Of a DNA stretch of 64,000 bases, positions 22,753-37,559 are shown one piece after another. Each line of letters opens with the position of its first letter. The first letter of the stretch is position 1. Source of the DNA: Phallusia mammillata (taxonomy: Eukaryota); NCBI GenBank assembly GCA_965637545.1, contig OZ281499.1:9548001-9612000 (forward strand). The letters run 5' to 3'. Under the pieces are notes generated by a model. It saw only the letters and a program-made list of their open reading frames with translations, was not told the origin of the DNA and searched no databases. A program made the position numbers and the translations under genes.

Positions 22753-25700
22753 TTCGGCTGAAGTGCCTAAATCTTCTTATCTCTTTAAAATATAAAAGTA
22801 AATGTAATCTCAGCACTTTTTATAACAACACAATTGTAAGCATTTTTTCGCGTCGGTTTTGTTTATGAAAAAGTTGGCTCTGTTTGTAAAAAACCCAAAA
22901 GGTCGATTCTATATTTGAAAACTATGCCGGAAATATAAACATGTCTAACTTAGTGCCTCTTCTTACATCCGCTAATACAACTGTGGAGAGTCGCAGACTT
23001 TTCATCACAACAACATCGTGCCATACAGTTATTGTTTGATATAAAAGCATTCTTAATTGAGAAACATTAAAAAATGCGCTAAACAGTCTCTTTGACAAAC
23101 CAAGTTCCCAACATGCTGTTTTCAATGTATCTCCATCAGTCATAGTATGTCTATTTGTTTACCGCCTGTGTTAACCTAATAGATGGCTACATAGGTCGCG
23201 GGTTTTGTTTCTCCTGTAAAGCTTTGAAGGCTGGCCACACACAACATTGAAAAAGTGACGTCATTGTTAACATTACATCACCAAATAACATTACTGACTG
23301 GCATTTGGTGCCAAACTGGCGTAGTTCATAATAGTTTTTATAAGTATGGAACTTAGCAGACTGTATTTAAAGCTAAAAACCTAAGCTGGTGGGAATACAT
23401 CCAACAGCTTGGTTACAGTTTAAACTTTTAGACATTATTGTGTCTTTGGATAAATGTTTGATTTTATGTGCTTTCTTTTGATATAAACTATATGTACTTC
23501 AACAGACTTGATTTTATTCCCCTTTGTTTATGTTTCTGTGTGCACAAACAGCAGAATGTCGTGAAAAAAATGATCATTCTTTTTTTTGCAGAATTGTAAA
23601 CATTTTGAAACACAAATTATGGAAAAGTATATGCGACAACACCGACAATTAATGTTTTTTGCACTTATCGCAAAATGGGGACGAGATTACGGATTTGGTG
23701 AGATAATGGAAAATGTAAGAAAACATTTATTTACTGAACAATTAAGCATGTCTTTTTGACGTCTTTTTTTGCCGTTATTTTCGTGTACTTCGTGCTGTCC
23801 GGTATATGCACCAACGACCTTTCGTAAATAAATATTAATGTTTGCCTGCAAAACTACAGGTTTATGTTTGGTGCAAAAACAATCTCGTTTATCAAAAAAT
23901 ATCTTCCAAAAAACTGCGGATGGGTTGGTTGTTAACTAAACATTTATTAAAAAATAAATGATCTCCTGGCAAATGTTTTGTTTTGTCCACGTTTTAACGA
24001 TATTTTGTGCCTGCTGGTGCTCTAGCGCTCCCTAGGGTCAAGGGCTGACTTCAAACATTAATTTATCGTTATCACCAAAATCCAACTGAAGCTGCCAGAG
24101 CCCGCTGACACATTGGCTATCAGTGCTAAACCAAACACAGAAATCATGCATCTGCAATATTGACATTTTGCGTCTAAGCAATTAAACCGACTTACATAAC
24201 ACACCTTTGTTGTTTTTTTCGTTGGTACTACCACACCTTTAACACTCTTTTGGTAAATATTATTCTAATAAGAATGTAAACTATAAAAGTAGCTTAGGTG
24301 GTGTTTGATACCCATTGACGGCATCAGACTTCACAAAATACTGATCATTAACATATCATGCTTAGTTACTATGACAAAAAAAACTTAATAAATTCGCGCA
24401 GATGTGATTTGAAGTTTAACAAATAACAGTTGTTTGGTTCAGTAAAGGATATTTTAGTAAAGTTCTTTATACGATACAAGCAACTACTTGATGTGACACG
24501 ACACAAACATGTATGACAATGAAATTGACGCTTGGCCCTGTTTAAGTTCTGCAACCCAGGTTTAAGGCCTTCGTTCGGCTCACTGTACAATGACGCTGAG
24601 ATATGGGTTTGACATAACAAATATTTGGTACATCATCATTAAATCAACCTAAGAAATTGGCTTACGACCGAATGCGTTTTTTCCCAGCAAATACCGGTTT
24701 GTTGACCCTCAACATTTTGATCGCTGTATTTATCAGTTGCATTGCTGTAACAAACACTTGAGTAGTGTCTGCCCTTCGACCGCATTATGAGTCTTTTGCG
24801 CTCCTTATCAAGCGTATAATGTTTACCCGGGGCGCTAATCATAAGTTGCCAGCGGTTCAACATTACAAAATCTCATAAACGGATGTTTTAGATCACCCAT
24901 CTTAGGATTAGCCTGGGTGCCTGTTATTTTCAACTCAACAGTATCGTATTGTTTTATTTTTTTCACAAAACTGCACAGCTTAGACGAAACTTGTTTATCG
25001 AATTTAAATCTAACAACCTATAATTTCTGTTTAACATGTATAAGAACTATATCAACTCTACATTCATTAAACCCAGTATGGTAAAAATTACACTATCAGC
25101 ACCACGCATTTAAGCATACCAAAACGCAAAAGCAATTTTATTACTGCACCTTGCATAAATGCTTTTTTATCATCGTCAATTAAACATAGGAAACGAAAAG
25201 CAAGCGTTTTGAAGATAAGGCAATTTACTTGTAAACTATTGGACGGTAACAAAAAAAGGTAAATACGGCTTTAAGTGAAGCGTACAAACGTTAAGAAAAG
25301 AAAAAAATACACTCCAAAGAATTAAAACTACAAGTTTTGTATTCATAACGCTTTGTAGCAACATATTTTTCCGTCAAATGCTACAAGTTGCTTAAAACGG
25401 CATAAAGTGAGACTAAACAGATTGTGGTGGTATTGTATGGCTGGCCCTTCTGTGAGTGCCCAAAGCGTGCATTTAATTATTTGAATGATTTTCTACACTG
25501 CAGACTTTTTCAGTACAAACAACATGATATAAAAGCATTCAAGACCTGATTAATTATTATTGTCCTTAAAATCACTGCACAGTGATATGAAATAGCGCAA
25601 CAGCATTCAATCAACTTTGTTAAGAAAACCAGGACCATGTTGAACAACATTGAAATTGAAGTAATAATTGTGAACACGAACATTTTCAAAACAATAAAAC

Positions 25701-25763
25701 AACAACGGTTTAGAACAGGCAAAGACTGAACCATGTGCGTTTGGTTTGCACAGACATTGCGTG

Positions 25764-28700
25764 CTAGACATTGTCCGTGTCATAAGTAAAATGTGGGTTA
25801 GATTTAATGTCTTTCATTTCCTTTTCGGAATCGAACTGGCGGTACCCAAGCATGTCCAACGCCTCTGAGCAGATATTTTGTATCTCCTGTACTCCTTCGT
25901 ACGTTAAACTTTTTCTCCATTCTGACACAACTGCTACAGAATTCCGTTTTGTGCTTTGTTTACTTGTAATCGATAGATTTCTGTTGTTATCTGCTGATGT
26001 GGCATCTTTAAGCCAAGCCTCAATCCGTGGGTTCATGTTGATTCCAATGAAATCATAAACGGCCTGCATGTAAGAAAATACCACGAATAAGTGTCTCAGA
26101 AAACACATACACTGTACATTAAAATTCCAAACATTGTAGCATTAAACTAACTGAATTTGTTGAATAACGCAGATAATTATGTTATAAGCAAATGGTAAAT
26201 AGACGTTTTAACTGCAAACAGAATTGGATATCTTATCAATAAAAATACTACATATATATATCCATAAGGAACACATGGTTTATGATCAATCTTGTCACCT
26301 TCAGTAATCAATGCCTGTCCCTTTACACGCCCGGAAAGGCAAATTTGCCTTTCAACAGACTCATGGCTAGTGTTTTAGAATAAGAAATTGAAGCTCTCCA
26401 CAAGAATCCATTGACTTGAATGGTGTGTACTATTGCTATTGCTACCAGGCATAATATCAAGTTTATTGCGAGTCGCATTCAGTGTTATTTACCCTGATGA
26501 AGACGACCTGTATATGACGTCGAAATATAAGAATAAATTACATTTGCCAGAAGAGCCCTCTATAAACTTGAATGGTGTGTGTTTTTATAATTACAATAGG
26601 TTTCAATATGTTGCTGGTTCACATGGTTAAGATTTAAACCTTCAAGATGGGAAATTCTTTCATAATCATTACCTGTGTTACTTCTATTGGATTTATCGCA
26701 AAATCTTCGTGTCTGATTCGCATGTATTTGTCTTTGAGCTCTCCAGTTTTAAGCACGTTTTCTGCAAAGATGATGTTTTCGATCATTCTAGGGCAAATTC
26801 CATTCGCTACGTGTCTGAAAAAGTTAGGTTCTTAGCTGAGATATGAATTCAAAAATGAGCGTGTACTCTACACTCTGCAACGAGGTGCAAGTACGATATA
26901 ATTCCAGTAGCATATTTTACAATGTTTGCCTTATATTTTTCACATATCAAACAGTGGTTTCGAACTTTTCAAGCATGCGGCGTGCTAACAAACTATGTTT
27001 TTTCGCGGGACACTTGGTAGGTCAACGACACAAAAGTTGTTTAAAGAAAGTTCATTTAGAACTTTAGGCTTGTGGATGAGACTACTTTTTTGACACATGA
27101 GTAAATTCAAACACCAGACAATATTTGCACTTTGAAATATCAAATACTTCCTGGCAAACTTTAAACTATTTGTGCAGCGAAACGAAGTTTGAGAATCATT
27201 GATTTAAATGTGGGAATTGCTAAACAAAAAGAAAAAAATATTCGAAAATACTTGATAAGAAAGCTAAAACAGTGTACATTGTTTTTGCCTAGCTATAGGT
27301 CACATCAGTGCAACTGTTGTCTGCGATGTGCACTGTATGCAGTTTACCCATCGAAAACCTGCTGTTAATGCTACATAGGCCTAGTTAATGTATAACACAA
27401 CGTCGATCAAAGAGAAAGTGACATTCTTGCATGTTAAGTTCCAATTTTATTTCACGGGACAACTAATATTTGCCCCAGCTCTTTACAACCTTATTATTAG
27501 GGTCTTGCCTCTAGGTAATTTGTAAAACTAGACTATAACTTATATGGTTTTGTTAGTCATGAATTACATTGTACCGATACCGTTTTTTGTGGATGTGTTT
27601 AGAGGTTGAAATTAACCAAAACAAAAACGTCAATCAAATAAGTCACATATAAGACATCCGCAAATAACCAGAAATGCCGTGAACCAAAATAATATATTTT
27701 TGTTCAAATTTCTTTCATTTAGATTTCGTCAGATTTGGCCCAAATTAATTTCAGTCTTTTTACAAGAAAGCGTTATTTTTGTTAGCAAAGTTTATGAAGT
27801 TGGTTTACATGTAACTTATTTACATGGTCAAACTGGGCATTACATTTGCGTTAAATCTATTAACGTTTTCTGTTTTCACAATGACAAGGTTGCTATAATT
27901 TCATTAAGTTTTGAAAAATGGACTGCAAACTTTTAAATAAGTTCGATTTTAAAATTTATCAGTCAGTGTTTTCCAAAATATGGGTCCTAAAGCATTACTT
28001 TTAACCTCCCTTTATTAAGTTTTGTTTTTCATTTTTCACAGCTTTAAACTGTTGCGTATAGCGATTGTATAATTAATGTGTGCACATTTGGAAGTAGCCA
28101 AATCAGCTCATTTCGACTTGTAATTCACGGCTTGTGAGTAAGTTAAATTGTGTAGCAAGTTAAGTTAAATGTACTGACCAATCATGTTTGAACTTTGCAA
28201 TGTTTCCTGGCGCAGTTAATGAGGATGTAGATGTGACCTCACGAACTGGTGTTACGTGCTTTGACCGTATGTTTTGTCCTGTGCCGTGATTAGACTGTGC
28301 TTTGTGCAGGAAACAAAACTTCGTTGGCTTCAGACTATAGTATTTTCACTACGACTTATTTTGACGAGCTAACGTTGCATTTGTTGTGGCGAGACAGGTT
28401 ATATGGCTGATAATGCATCGGACTCGCTTTCAAATATGCGTCAATCGAATTGTTTGGACATACGACGGAATCATTTCGATCAAAAAATAATTTTCCAACC
28501 CAAAAAAACAAAGTTTCGAAAATCTTATTCGTAAATAAAAAAATTCTTGATTTATAAAGATGCATATTCATTGATCGTAGGTAATCTTTAATCAATTCCT
28601 TAGATATATTTAGGTCGCGCCAAAAACCAGTCTGGTTTAAATGAATAAACAAGTTCCAAAACTTTTACAAACCTCAATAACCGATAAAGTTTAACCAAAG

Positions 28701-30625
28701 AAACAAAAAGACAATAACTCACCTGACAAGTGAAACACGGTTTTTCGATGGGTTACTCCGGGTTCTTGAATTTATTGTAGCTCGCGGGTCTCGTACCAGA
28801 TGTACGATTTTGAGGTTGACCGTATGACTAGATAACAGTGGAACCAGCCACTCCAATTTGCAGAGGTATATCACCTGCATGCATAGGAGCGGTAAAGGTT
28901 TTTTTAAGACAACAATTGTAGTCTGTTATTCTTTAAGGTGCCTATCCCTGTGATGTTAAACCACAATCCCGACAAAACAATCCGTTTTTAATTATTACGA
29001 CCCGCCATTTATTTGCAAAGATTCAGTTCTGAAGTTATTCATAACAAAGACCAGAACTGTGCTTTCTGACTTATGAACCATGAGGAATCAGTAGGCGAAT
29101 AACCAGCATGTGTTTGTAGGCACTCACCTTCATTGCTCGTAACATGCTCTGTTTACAGTATTTTGCCAAGGCCGGAAGATTGATTGGTTCAGGGCACTGC
29201 TGCTTATTGTTTCCCAAATTGCACAAACCCGCGTCTCTCGACAGAAACCTGCTGTATTTATCTCCCCCAGTGAAGCACACCTTTTTCTTCAGGCACCTAT
29301 AAAAGACATAGCTACTTTGTAGTGTGAATTTAATGGGTAAGAAAACAGTTAAACTATGGAAAGTGCGGTTTGCTAGGTGTTTAGACAAAGCCGTTAGTCT
29401 TTCGAGCAAATGAAAAATATTTTTACCACGTTTGCGAAATTAATCTTTAAGTTTGAAACGCATTTGTTAACTAATGTTTGAGGAAAAAGACCAAAGCTTA
29501 TTATTCCACCCAATACGACCGAATGTTAAATCAAACTGACCTTCCACTAGGTTTTACAGATTGTTTTGCTTGTTATAGTAGTAAAGAAACCCCTTGACCC
29601 AATTTGAATTTTTGTGTCCGAATGGTGGGGCTAATTACAATGAATAAGCCTTTACCTTTAAGTGTAAAAAGGTTCCTTTTTTAACATGGTTAAACTCCAT
29701 TGGAATTAAAGTTTGTGTTCGTCTACTGCCTGCTTCTCGTTATCAGCTTATATAAGAATGAAAGAATTTATAATTTCATTGTGGCGAAGCCTAGATTATA
29801 GAAAACACTTTTTAAAGCTTTATTTCGGCCTTTGAAAAAACAACCTTGACCAGGGTTTCACACTTCGCAATAACTTTGATTTAGCCTCCCTTACTTAAGG
29901 GTGATATTGATTTGTCGTTCGTTTTCATTTAGGCATTTGCCAGATCGCGTTGCTTCACATAAAGGAGTCGGTTTCAACTTGACGCAGGCACGGTTCATTG
30001 AAGTTAAACATTAACATAAGGTCCGTTGTTAGAACGAAACGTTTAAGAAACTCTGGCGTCAAGATAAAGATTTGGTACCTAGCACCACAGGAACATGAAA
30101 TGTTGACCAAAAATTTTTGACTGGCATTGTAATACACAACAGCCTAAACTTTGTGCGTTTATGGGTTATTGTGTTTCTTTTAGCAAAATGTAAATTATGT
30201 TACTTTGTAAATAAAATTATTTTGTCAGAAGATACAACTTACTGGGCATATTTGTCCGAGCATTTACTGGCGTTGAAACCGCGAATGTAGTGTTCTTCCA
30301 AGTCAAATCGGCAATTGACAACTTTTTGCAACACCTGTAGTCTGTCCTGCAACAATTCCTCACAATTTCGTTCGGAAAAGGGCAAAAGAGGTTCGTAAAA
30401 GTATGCCACGTCCGTTCGCTGGTTAAAAATCTCCCCTAAGACGCTGGAACCAGAGCGTTTTTGGGTAAACAGAATCACAACGTCCGTTCGTTGTGGCGTC
30501 TGTATGATTGCTTGCTTGCTTTCGATTTTGGTTGAAGGCATGGTATAATGATACCATACTGTAGATAGGAAGGTTACTGTCAAGAGGAGCAACGTAAACT
30601 TGACAAATCTACGGATGTTTTTCAT
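25764..30625 (-). CDS. Golgi type II carbohydrate sulfotransferase, CHST1/3/5/6-like, copy 1 (381 aa)
   Basis: Exons 30243-30625, 29128-29296, 28723-28874, 26673-26814 and 25764-26063 join in phase. N-terminal signal anchor, 5'-PAPS motif TQKRSGSSVLGEIF, FYEPL, 3'-PAPS motif IVHLVRDPRA..NSR, YMRIRHEDF. Confidence 0.92.
26429..26580 (+). repeat. Hammerhead-like repeat, family B copy 2, bounded by a 15-bp direct repeat
   Basis: CTGATGA at 26494-26500, GACG..CGTC stem, GAAA at 26522; near-identical to 60030-60118. ACTTGAATGGTGTGT occurs at 26414-26428 and 26566-26580. Intronic in CHST copy 1. Confidence 0.6.
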
Positions 30626-31147
30626 TTCTTATACCATTGGGTATACATGTGAAGGAAAATTGTGATCTTTTGACGACGTATCAGCTACTGCATTTACGTT
30701 AGTCCTGTTAATTGCCTAAAGCTGTACAGAAATAAAAATATGAAGGTGTGTTAAAACAATAATAAAACACACTGGATTGAAAAGTAGCCTGATAAAACAA
30801 ACTGTCAGAACATTGTAAAAATTATGTTCCTTTTTACATCCACTGATTTTGTTTCTATGAATGTTTCCACATTCAGTATAGTTACTTTGACAAAAAATTA
30901 GGTTGTCCATCGTAAGGACAGATGTTGCTGATCTTGATAACTTTCAAATGCCTCAGTGTGTGTATATTGTGTAAACCTTCATTTTAGCTTTTTTGACAAT
31001 TATTGAATATTTTTTTATTATCTACACAAGATCTATTGCAATGTGGAGTAAACTTAATACCCAACATCTTTGTTCACAACAGATTTAATAATGTTTGTTG
31101 TGTGATGTTCCCCCGTTATTCCCGTTTTAAATACCTTAAGTTTTAAC

Positions 31148-31540
31148 CAGGGTTGCCATACCGTCCTTATTTCTAAGATTTGTCCTTATTTTGAAGGGTA
31201 GTGTCTTAGAAAAATGTATTGTCCTTATTTCTAAAAATGTCCCTGTTTTTGACTTACGTCCTTATTTTGTCTTATTTTCAACAATTACAAGTGAAAAAAC
31301 CTGCTACAAGTAAAAGTAAACCTAGACCTGAGCTGTCGTGAGTTGCACTAAATATTTTCTACGAACAAGGAGTTGCTGGAACAGATTGTTTCTGGCCAAA
31401 AAATGGCATGTGATATGTCATGCCTCGTATAAATGCAAAGATTTATTCGAAAACGTTTGTTTCGTTTCGAATGCAAACTTAATTTTTCGGTTGTCCTTAT
31501 TTTCGGATCCGTGTCGATGGCAAACACTAGTTTTAGCCTG
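31148..31540. mobile_element. hAT MITE with GTCCTTATTT subterminal repeats (same family as 39310)
   Basis: Left TIR CAGGGTTGCCA; right TIR interrupted (TGGCAAAC[ACTAGTTTTAG]CCTG); perfect TSD GTTTTAAC; body highly similar to 39310-39682. Confidence 0.85.
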
Positions 31541-31799
31541 GTTTTAACACTAGTTTTATCATTTGGCTGTAAGATATATGCCATTAAAAACACGTTGGAA
31601 ATCACTGCCTTGAAGTGGCCACCATAAACCAAATGTGTTGTAATGAGTATGACTGATACCTTTGTACACAAAGATTATTGAAAGCCACCTGTGGAATTTC
31701 AGTTCCGAAATCGGCATCAAACGCACGTGGGTGATATCTAACGCATCCGATATGAATTGCTGCCTTCGCTTTGCTACGTCATGATGCTTTAGTTTCAAA

Positions 31800-32480
31800 A
31801 TAGATTATATCTTTGCACCGGAAAGCGCGGAAACTCGGCTGTTGCGCGTTGTTAAGTTGGTGCATGGCAACCAATACCATGCTTATATAAGTTATTGATA
31901 AAAATCTTCAACAAAAAACATCACGTGCAACAGGCGTCGGCAACCTTTTTTGCACTGCGGACCGGTTTTGAAACTAAATTTTATCGCGGACCGGTCTTTA
32001 AAAAACTACAAATATATAGCTATAAAAACGCTTAAATTAGTTTATCATCCCCGGGATACATGGGCAAAATGTTTTAAAGCATTTAACCTGAAAACTTATA
32101 CGGCCCGGTAACGAACTCCTCGCGGACCGGTACCGGGCCGCGGACCGGCGGTTGCCGACCACTGACGTACAACACTTTGCCAAAATTACTAGTTAATCGG
32201 ACGTAGCCTAAGTTTTGTTGTTACTCCTTATCCGTTAATCCAAAGCGTTTTCAACAGGCAAGAAGGAAGGCATTTATAATTTAGTCACAACATATCCAAA
32301 CACTTAGGTGTCGCTATAATGTTGTATGATTTAAGCGACAACCGTGGTGGCCTTTTTTGTGGGATCGCGACACATCACCTATGAAAAGTAAATTATTTAT
32401 AAGCAATAAAAAGTTCACGAACATCAGTTTAATACAGGAAAACAGAAAACAAACTGCTCAAATAGAATGCATGACTGGCT
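31800..32480. promoter_or_regulatory. Non-coding block conserved between the upstream regions of the two CHST paralogs (partner about 42380-42770)
   Basis: Collinear shared segments such as ATCT.TGCACCGG.AAGCGC, CCAATACCA.GC, TTTTTTGTGGG, ATGAAAAGTAAA and CACGAACATCAGTT; regulatory role is inferred only. Confidence 0.45.
31931..32164. mobile_element. hAT MITE, longest copy of the 17146/21116 family
   Basis: TIR CAGGCGTCGGCAACC / GGTTGCCGACCACTG; TSD ACGTGCAA / ACGTACAA; empty site visible in the paralogous block near 42495. Confidence 0.88.
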
Positions 32481-34061
32481 GAATGCTCGACCTGACTTAC
32501 TATATATATCTAAAAGTTAAGTTATCATTTGTCAACGCCCAATGCGTAGGAAATAACTATTATTTAGTTTAACGACCAGCGGCTTGTGCATATGCTGGAA
32601 CAACGCTATCTGCGCAAAAGCCTGGGCATAAGAGCTTTCGTACAATAACAAGTGGATACCCAAAAACGAAAGACCGCCCCAGAAAATCATAAAATTATGA
32701 CGTTTCCAGACAAACATTATTTAGGTCGTTGATAAAATACCAGCAGTAAGGCCACCAACCTACAAACGTCGCGTTGCTGAAAAACAAACAAACAAACAAA
32801 CAGTTACAAAACAATACAAGTTTTGACTGCCGCGCTTATGCATATTAGTATGTGTGTTTTGACGGCCGTACTTACCTAATCTGCTATTCAGCGTACTTTG
32901 CTATTCATATTGCTTCTAAAATTGGTCTTAAACGGCTAAAATTGGTCTTAAACGCAGGAAGCTGCAGTTGCATTTTAGAAAACTTACGAATATGCTCAAT
33001 GCAACCTAATATTAAACGGAAAGTTTTGCGCAAACACTGCAAAAAAACTTGTGCGTCTCCTGCAAAGTTTATAGTACACCAACGGTCTTAAAAGGCTCAC
33101 TGCTGCTGACTTGTGAAAGCCCTATAACAAAACCGGAAAGGGAAACTTCGCAACATACAAATTTTGTGTATGCTTGAATATGCTTCGGTTTGGTGCTAGT
33201 AAAGGTAAATTCATATTGTTTTGACATAAATAGCGTTTTCCAAAATATTTGCTTCCAGACCTCTACTCCACACCATCGGGTCTCAATAAGCGGTGGAACA
33301 AAAATTTTAGGATGTGTAATAACAAAGTGTGTCTGTATTATTAGAAACACTAGTATAGACACGGACTTTACCAATTGACTAGCACAAAGCCTAAACCATA
33401 CCAAACATGAATATGTGTGTATTGGCACTTTGTCCAATTTACAAAAATTGTATTTATGAAAGATTTCATCTAAAAAGTGTTTAATTAAAAAAATACCCGC
33501 CTAAACTACTTTCCTTCTTAAATTGACTACATACACTGAGTCTGTTTTGATGGGTAGATCGTAAACTTGTCACAAACACCTGGACAAAACAAATTAACAA
33601 ACTGGTTAATGACATAAACACAGCTGGATAAGTACAAAACATTTCAATTTGTACTATTAAGCTATACATTTAAACATACGAAAATGTAACGTTCAGCTGT
33701 ATCACGAATATTGATTTGTGGCAACCATGTCTCAAACCTGACACATCTAGGAGCCAGACTAACAATGTGTTTAAGTATAACTCTTGCCGGATACCCTTTG
33801 TTTTTACCTACGTTGGAGTGACTGCTGTATCAATACCAGCAGACTATAATGCAAACATTGGATCAGTATCGTGCTGAGAACATGTGTCACAACAGATTAT
33901 ATCTGTCTTAGGCGTTTTTTTAACCGAATAAATAAGGTAGGAATTTTTACGTCACAAACAACATTGTTTGGTTTTTTGTGGCTTCTGTTAGCATCTAATT
34001 TAGATTCTAAAACGATTTTTTTGGTTGTCTCTTCTGTTGTCTGCGTGTTTTCTGTCTAAAC

Positions 34062-34561
34062 CAGGGTTCCCAACCCTTTTTCGATCTCGTACCACTTCGA
34101 CGCTTTGTACTGCCACGCGTACCACTTCTTGCAGAACAACTTATTTAATCGAATCATATTTTATTAAGAAAAATAATATTGGCCTACTAAAATAACACTA
34201 AAGCAAATTTAATGATATTTTTGCTTTTGTTTACTGTCCACCAATTGGCTGAGCAATCGTTTGCCGTAATCAACGCCCACTGTACCACAGCGTTGTACAG
34301 CTTTTCAAAGCAACTGTGCTTCTTGTTGGCAATTGACATGACCTGTAGTTTGTAGATCGTAATGATACGAAACAACAGAAATAGTTACGTAACAATAAGA
34401 GGAGGCTTGGGGAATTTTTTTTGTAAACAAAACCAGAGAAACAAAATAGAAAGTTGTGAATCCAAATTTTTGCGAAAAAAAAAACGAAAGCTACTCGCGT
34501 ACCACTTAAAAAACCTTCGCGTACCACTAGTGGTACGCGTACCACCGGTTGGGAACCCCTG
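34062..34561. mobile_element. hAT MITE, 500 bp, with CGTACCAC subterminal repeats
   Basis: TIR CAGGG(G)TTCCCAACC at both ends; perfect TSD GTCTAAAC. Confidence 0.92.
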
Positions 34562-35464
34562 GTCTAAACGAACTGACTGCAATTGTTATTTAACCTGGTT
34601 CAGCAACACTTCTATGCGCGAAGTCTGTTTATTTATACTGTGTATTATTCTTGGGTTTAATTCATTTCTGTCCTGAGTTGATGGAATTTTTCGTTGGCAA
34701 GCTTTTTGCCAGTGCGTTTCTAGCAACGCAACGTTTGACGGTTGCTTGCCAGCTATCCTTGTATTTAGTGCAACGATCTAAATATTGTTTGACCAGTAAC
34801 GTTCTAACTTTATGATTGCGGTAACGGTCGTTTAATTGGACAATAGCTTCTCGTTATTACCCGCGCGTTGAGCCCTGGTAAACAATATTTACATTACCGA
34901 CATTACTTTTAGATCCATATATATATGTAGGAAGTTAGACAGTGCTCATTCAGTCGATTCGAGTACCCTATCTATTTTACAGCTTTGAACTCATGTTTGT
35001 GGATGGGTTAAAGTAGAATTAATGACAAAAAACTTCCGGAGCGTTTAATATCCAGTCATGAGCACACAAGGTGAAAGCCTAAATCCTGTAATGCTCAATC
35101 AAAACCTCCCGGAAGTTAGTTTGTTGTCTCATAAAATCTGGTATTACTACATGGGGTTCGCAACTTATAGTTGCATTATTACAGCGCTAACTATAAGCAA
35201 GCGGTGTGACAAGTAGGCTAACCTGGTTTTACTAATGCACTTCTCACTACATAAAAGTATTTTTGTTTCATTCTGTTTTACAAGACATTACAATTTAAAC
35301 CCTAAATCTAACCATATTTCATAAAGACCAAAATACATCTGCGACTTCTTAATTTACCCTTACTTACACAAAAATGAATCAACAACAGACATTTAACATA
35401 CCACGTCAAAACCTCTGGCATCTGGGCAACATTAATAACCTTCTTGAGGGTAGACCAACAATTA

Positions 35465-36490
35465 AAGGAGAGAAATGCCGCTTAAAAACCTCTTTAAAAC
35501 CATGCTTGCAAAAAAAAGTTACATTATTTTGTCGTTTCTGTTACCAACAAAAAACGATTTGTCTCCTCATGTATTTTCTATGCAACAAACCAACTACAAA
35601 CGTGAACTTACCTGATTCAGCAAGAACAAATAGTTGCTTGGTGGAATGTATTGTTTAGCAAAGTTGTGGTTTCGATTCAAGTACGTAAATAAATGAAGCG
35701 ATCGCATGCCACAGTCGCGTGATTTGTAAAGTTTTCTTCACAGTTAAGATTACTTAAGTAATTGCTGCCAACGTTCATTATTTTAATGTCAATTACCTGC
35801 CCTATAAATGTGTGCGTTACGCAACTATTTTTTAGTCTGTGGTTCACACTGTAGGAAAGTAAATGGCGAGTGGCTATATCACAACACGCGTTTATTGTTT
35901 CACTCGGGTAACTTACTTAATTGCATCAGGGCTATTATGTTTGATCACGAATACACAGTGCATAGTTTGTTGCCTCTCGAAATCTCGTAATACAACGTGG
36001 GATTGGACGACACAAAAAACGCTTAGTTTTGTAGCGCTAAATACGTAATAAGTGTTCTGTAAATGGCAAAAGTTTCGTAGACAATTGCTTTGAGCAAGTT
36101 TGATGTTTTTAACAGCAAAAAACAAGAAACTGGCACAAAACTAATGGTTAATTACTATTATTTGATGCTTGGTTGGTAGTATGTTATACATGATTAAAAT
36201 AGTAAGACTTGTTTTGCTAGTTAACCACAACTGATTTATTAACATAAATGGACACGTGCAAAACATTACAAAATACATTAATCTTAACAACCAAAACAAA
36301 CCTTCCAGTCCTTGATTTACCTTTACACAGAAAAAGTAGCCAGCACAGCACTGAAACACCTGGCAAATATAGGAGAGAAATGCCGCCTAAAAGCCTCTGT
36401 AAAACCATGCTTGAGTACTAGCTATTTCAATAGCAACAGACCATTGCGTAAACATTCTGAAAAACGATTTGTTTTATTGCTCCTTCCGTC
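35465..36490 (+). repeat. Local degenerate duplication (about 35465-35580 and 36370-36490)
   Basis: GGAGAGAAATGCCGC.TAAAA.CCTCT.TAAAACCATGCTTG and AAAAACGATTTGT occur in both places. Confidence 0.6.
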
Positions 36491-37559
36491 CTTGTATTCA
36501 TTTAAACCTTCTAGATTTGTGTAGAGCTACTAACACTATAACTCACGTAGTAGACTATCAATCACCCTATCTCAGGTTGACTCACATTTAGCTAAACTTG
36601 GATAGGTACCGCAAAGAGCTGAACTATTGTGTGTTACTCACAGAAAGAAAGTGCTTTTGACCAAATTCGATCTTTCTGTACAGCTACACAGCTGACAAAC
36701 AAAAAAGCTCTTTCTGATTAAAATCCTGATTACTTTTGATTATCATTTAATGTACGGCTTGTAGTATGTTATACATGATTTTAGAAGAAAGACTTGATTT
36801 ATTTGTAACACTTACGTTTTCAGTCACAACAAATATTTAAAAAGCAAAAAGCACTTTACTATTCCCATATAACTAGTTTCCTAACCCTAACCTAACTCCA
36901 ACCGTATGGGCAGTTTACACCCCTGATTGATGTAAACAGCCACACGTTTGCCAGATAATGCGGCCGACAGTTAAGCCTATCGAGTCAACCAATATGGCCG
37001 ACAGGCCCACTCAAATATGTGCTAGATGTGCGGCTGTACGCAGTAGATAAACACACACCCTGTGCGCATGTATTTGTTAACCAGAACTTTGGAGTACCTT
37101 ATTTCCATCTCTAAGCCAAATTAGGGTAGTCTATCACTTGCACCTCCACACAGCACAGCACATTGGCTTTCCAATGTCTTTCCAACTTTCCGTAGTTCTT
37201 AGTCACAAACAAAATAAATGCTGTAGCGCTCTCAGCATAGGCGCTATACTGCCACCCTGTGTGCGATTGCTATTATTAAGAGGGCGCTGGAGAATATTAT
37301 GTGCGATTGGAAAACTCTTCGACAAAATGAGCAGTTAATACGACATAGAAAGACAAAGTAAATTAAGGGAATTGCTTGCGCCTAGAAAAAAAACATACAG
37401 TATTAAAGACCACACGAGGTTTCGGGTTAAAAGCAATTTGACACTTATTTCTACAGCATACTAGTTTGATGGTGAAATAACCATTACAATATTTACATTT
37501 TGTGCTATAACAGGCTATTAATGTAAAAGCATCGAGCCAATAAATGATCTCTCGTCACC

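Noticed and set aside
22905-22922. Second spliced-leader-like string ATTCTATATTTGAAAAC
   Set aside because: It needs an indel and mismatches; expected by chance in AT-rich DNA.
24540-24890. Possible decayed coding sequence
   Set aside because: Frames are broken by stops and contain no recognisable motif.
34187-34676. Overlapping short ORFs on both strands
   Set aside because: They lie within a hAT MITE and reflect its palindromic repeats.
36885-36900. CCTAACCCTAACCTAAC as a telomeric or Helentron signature
   Set aside because: Too short, and I found no supporting hairpin or terminal structure.
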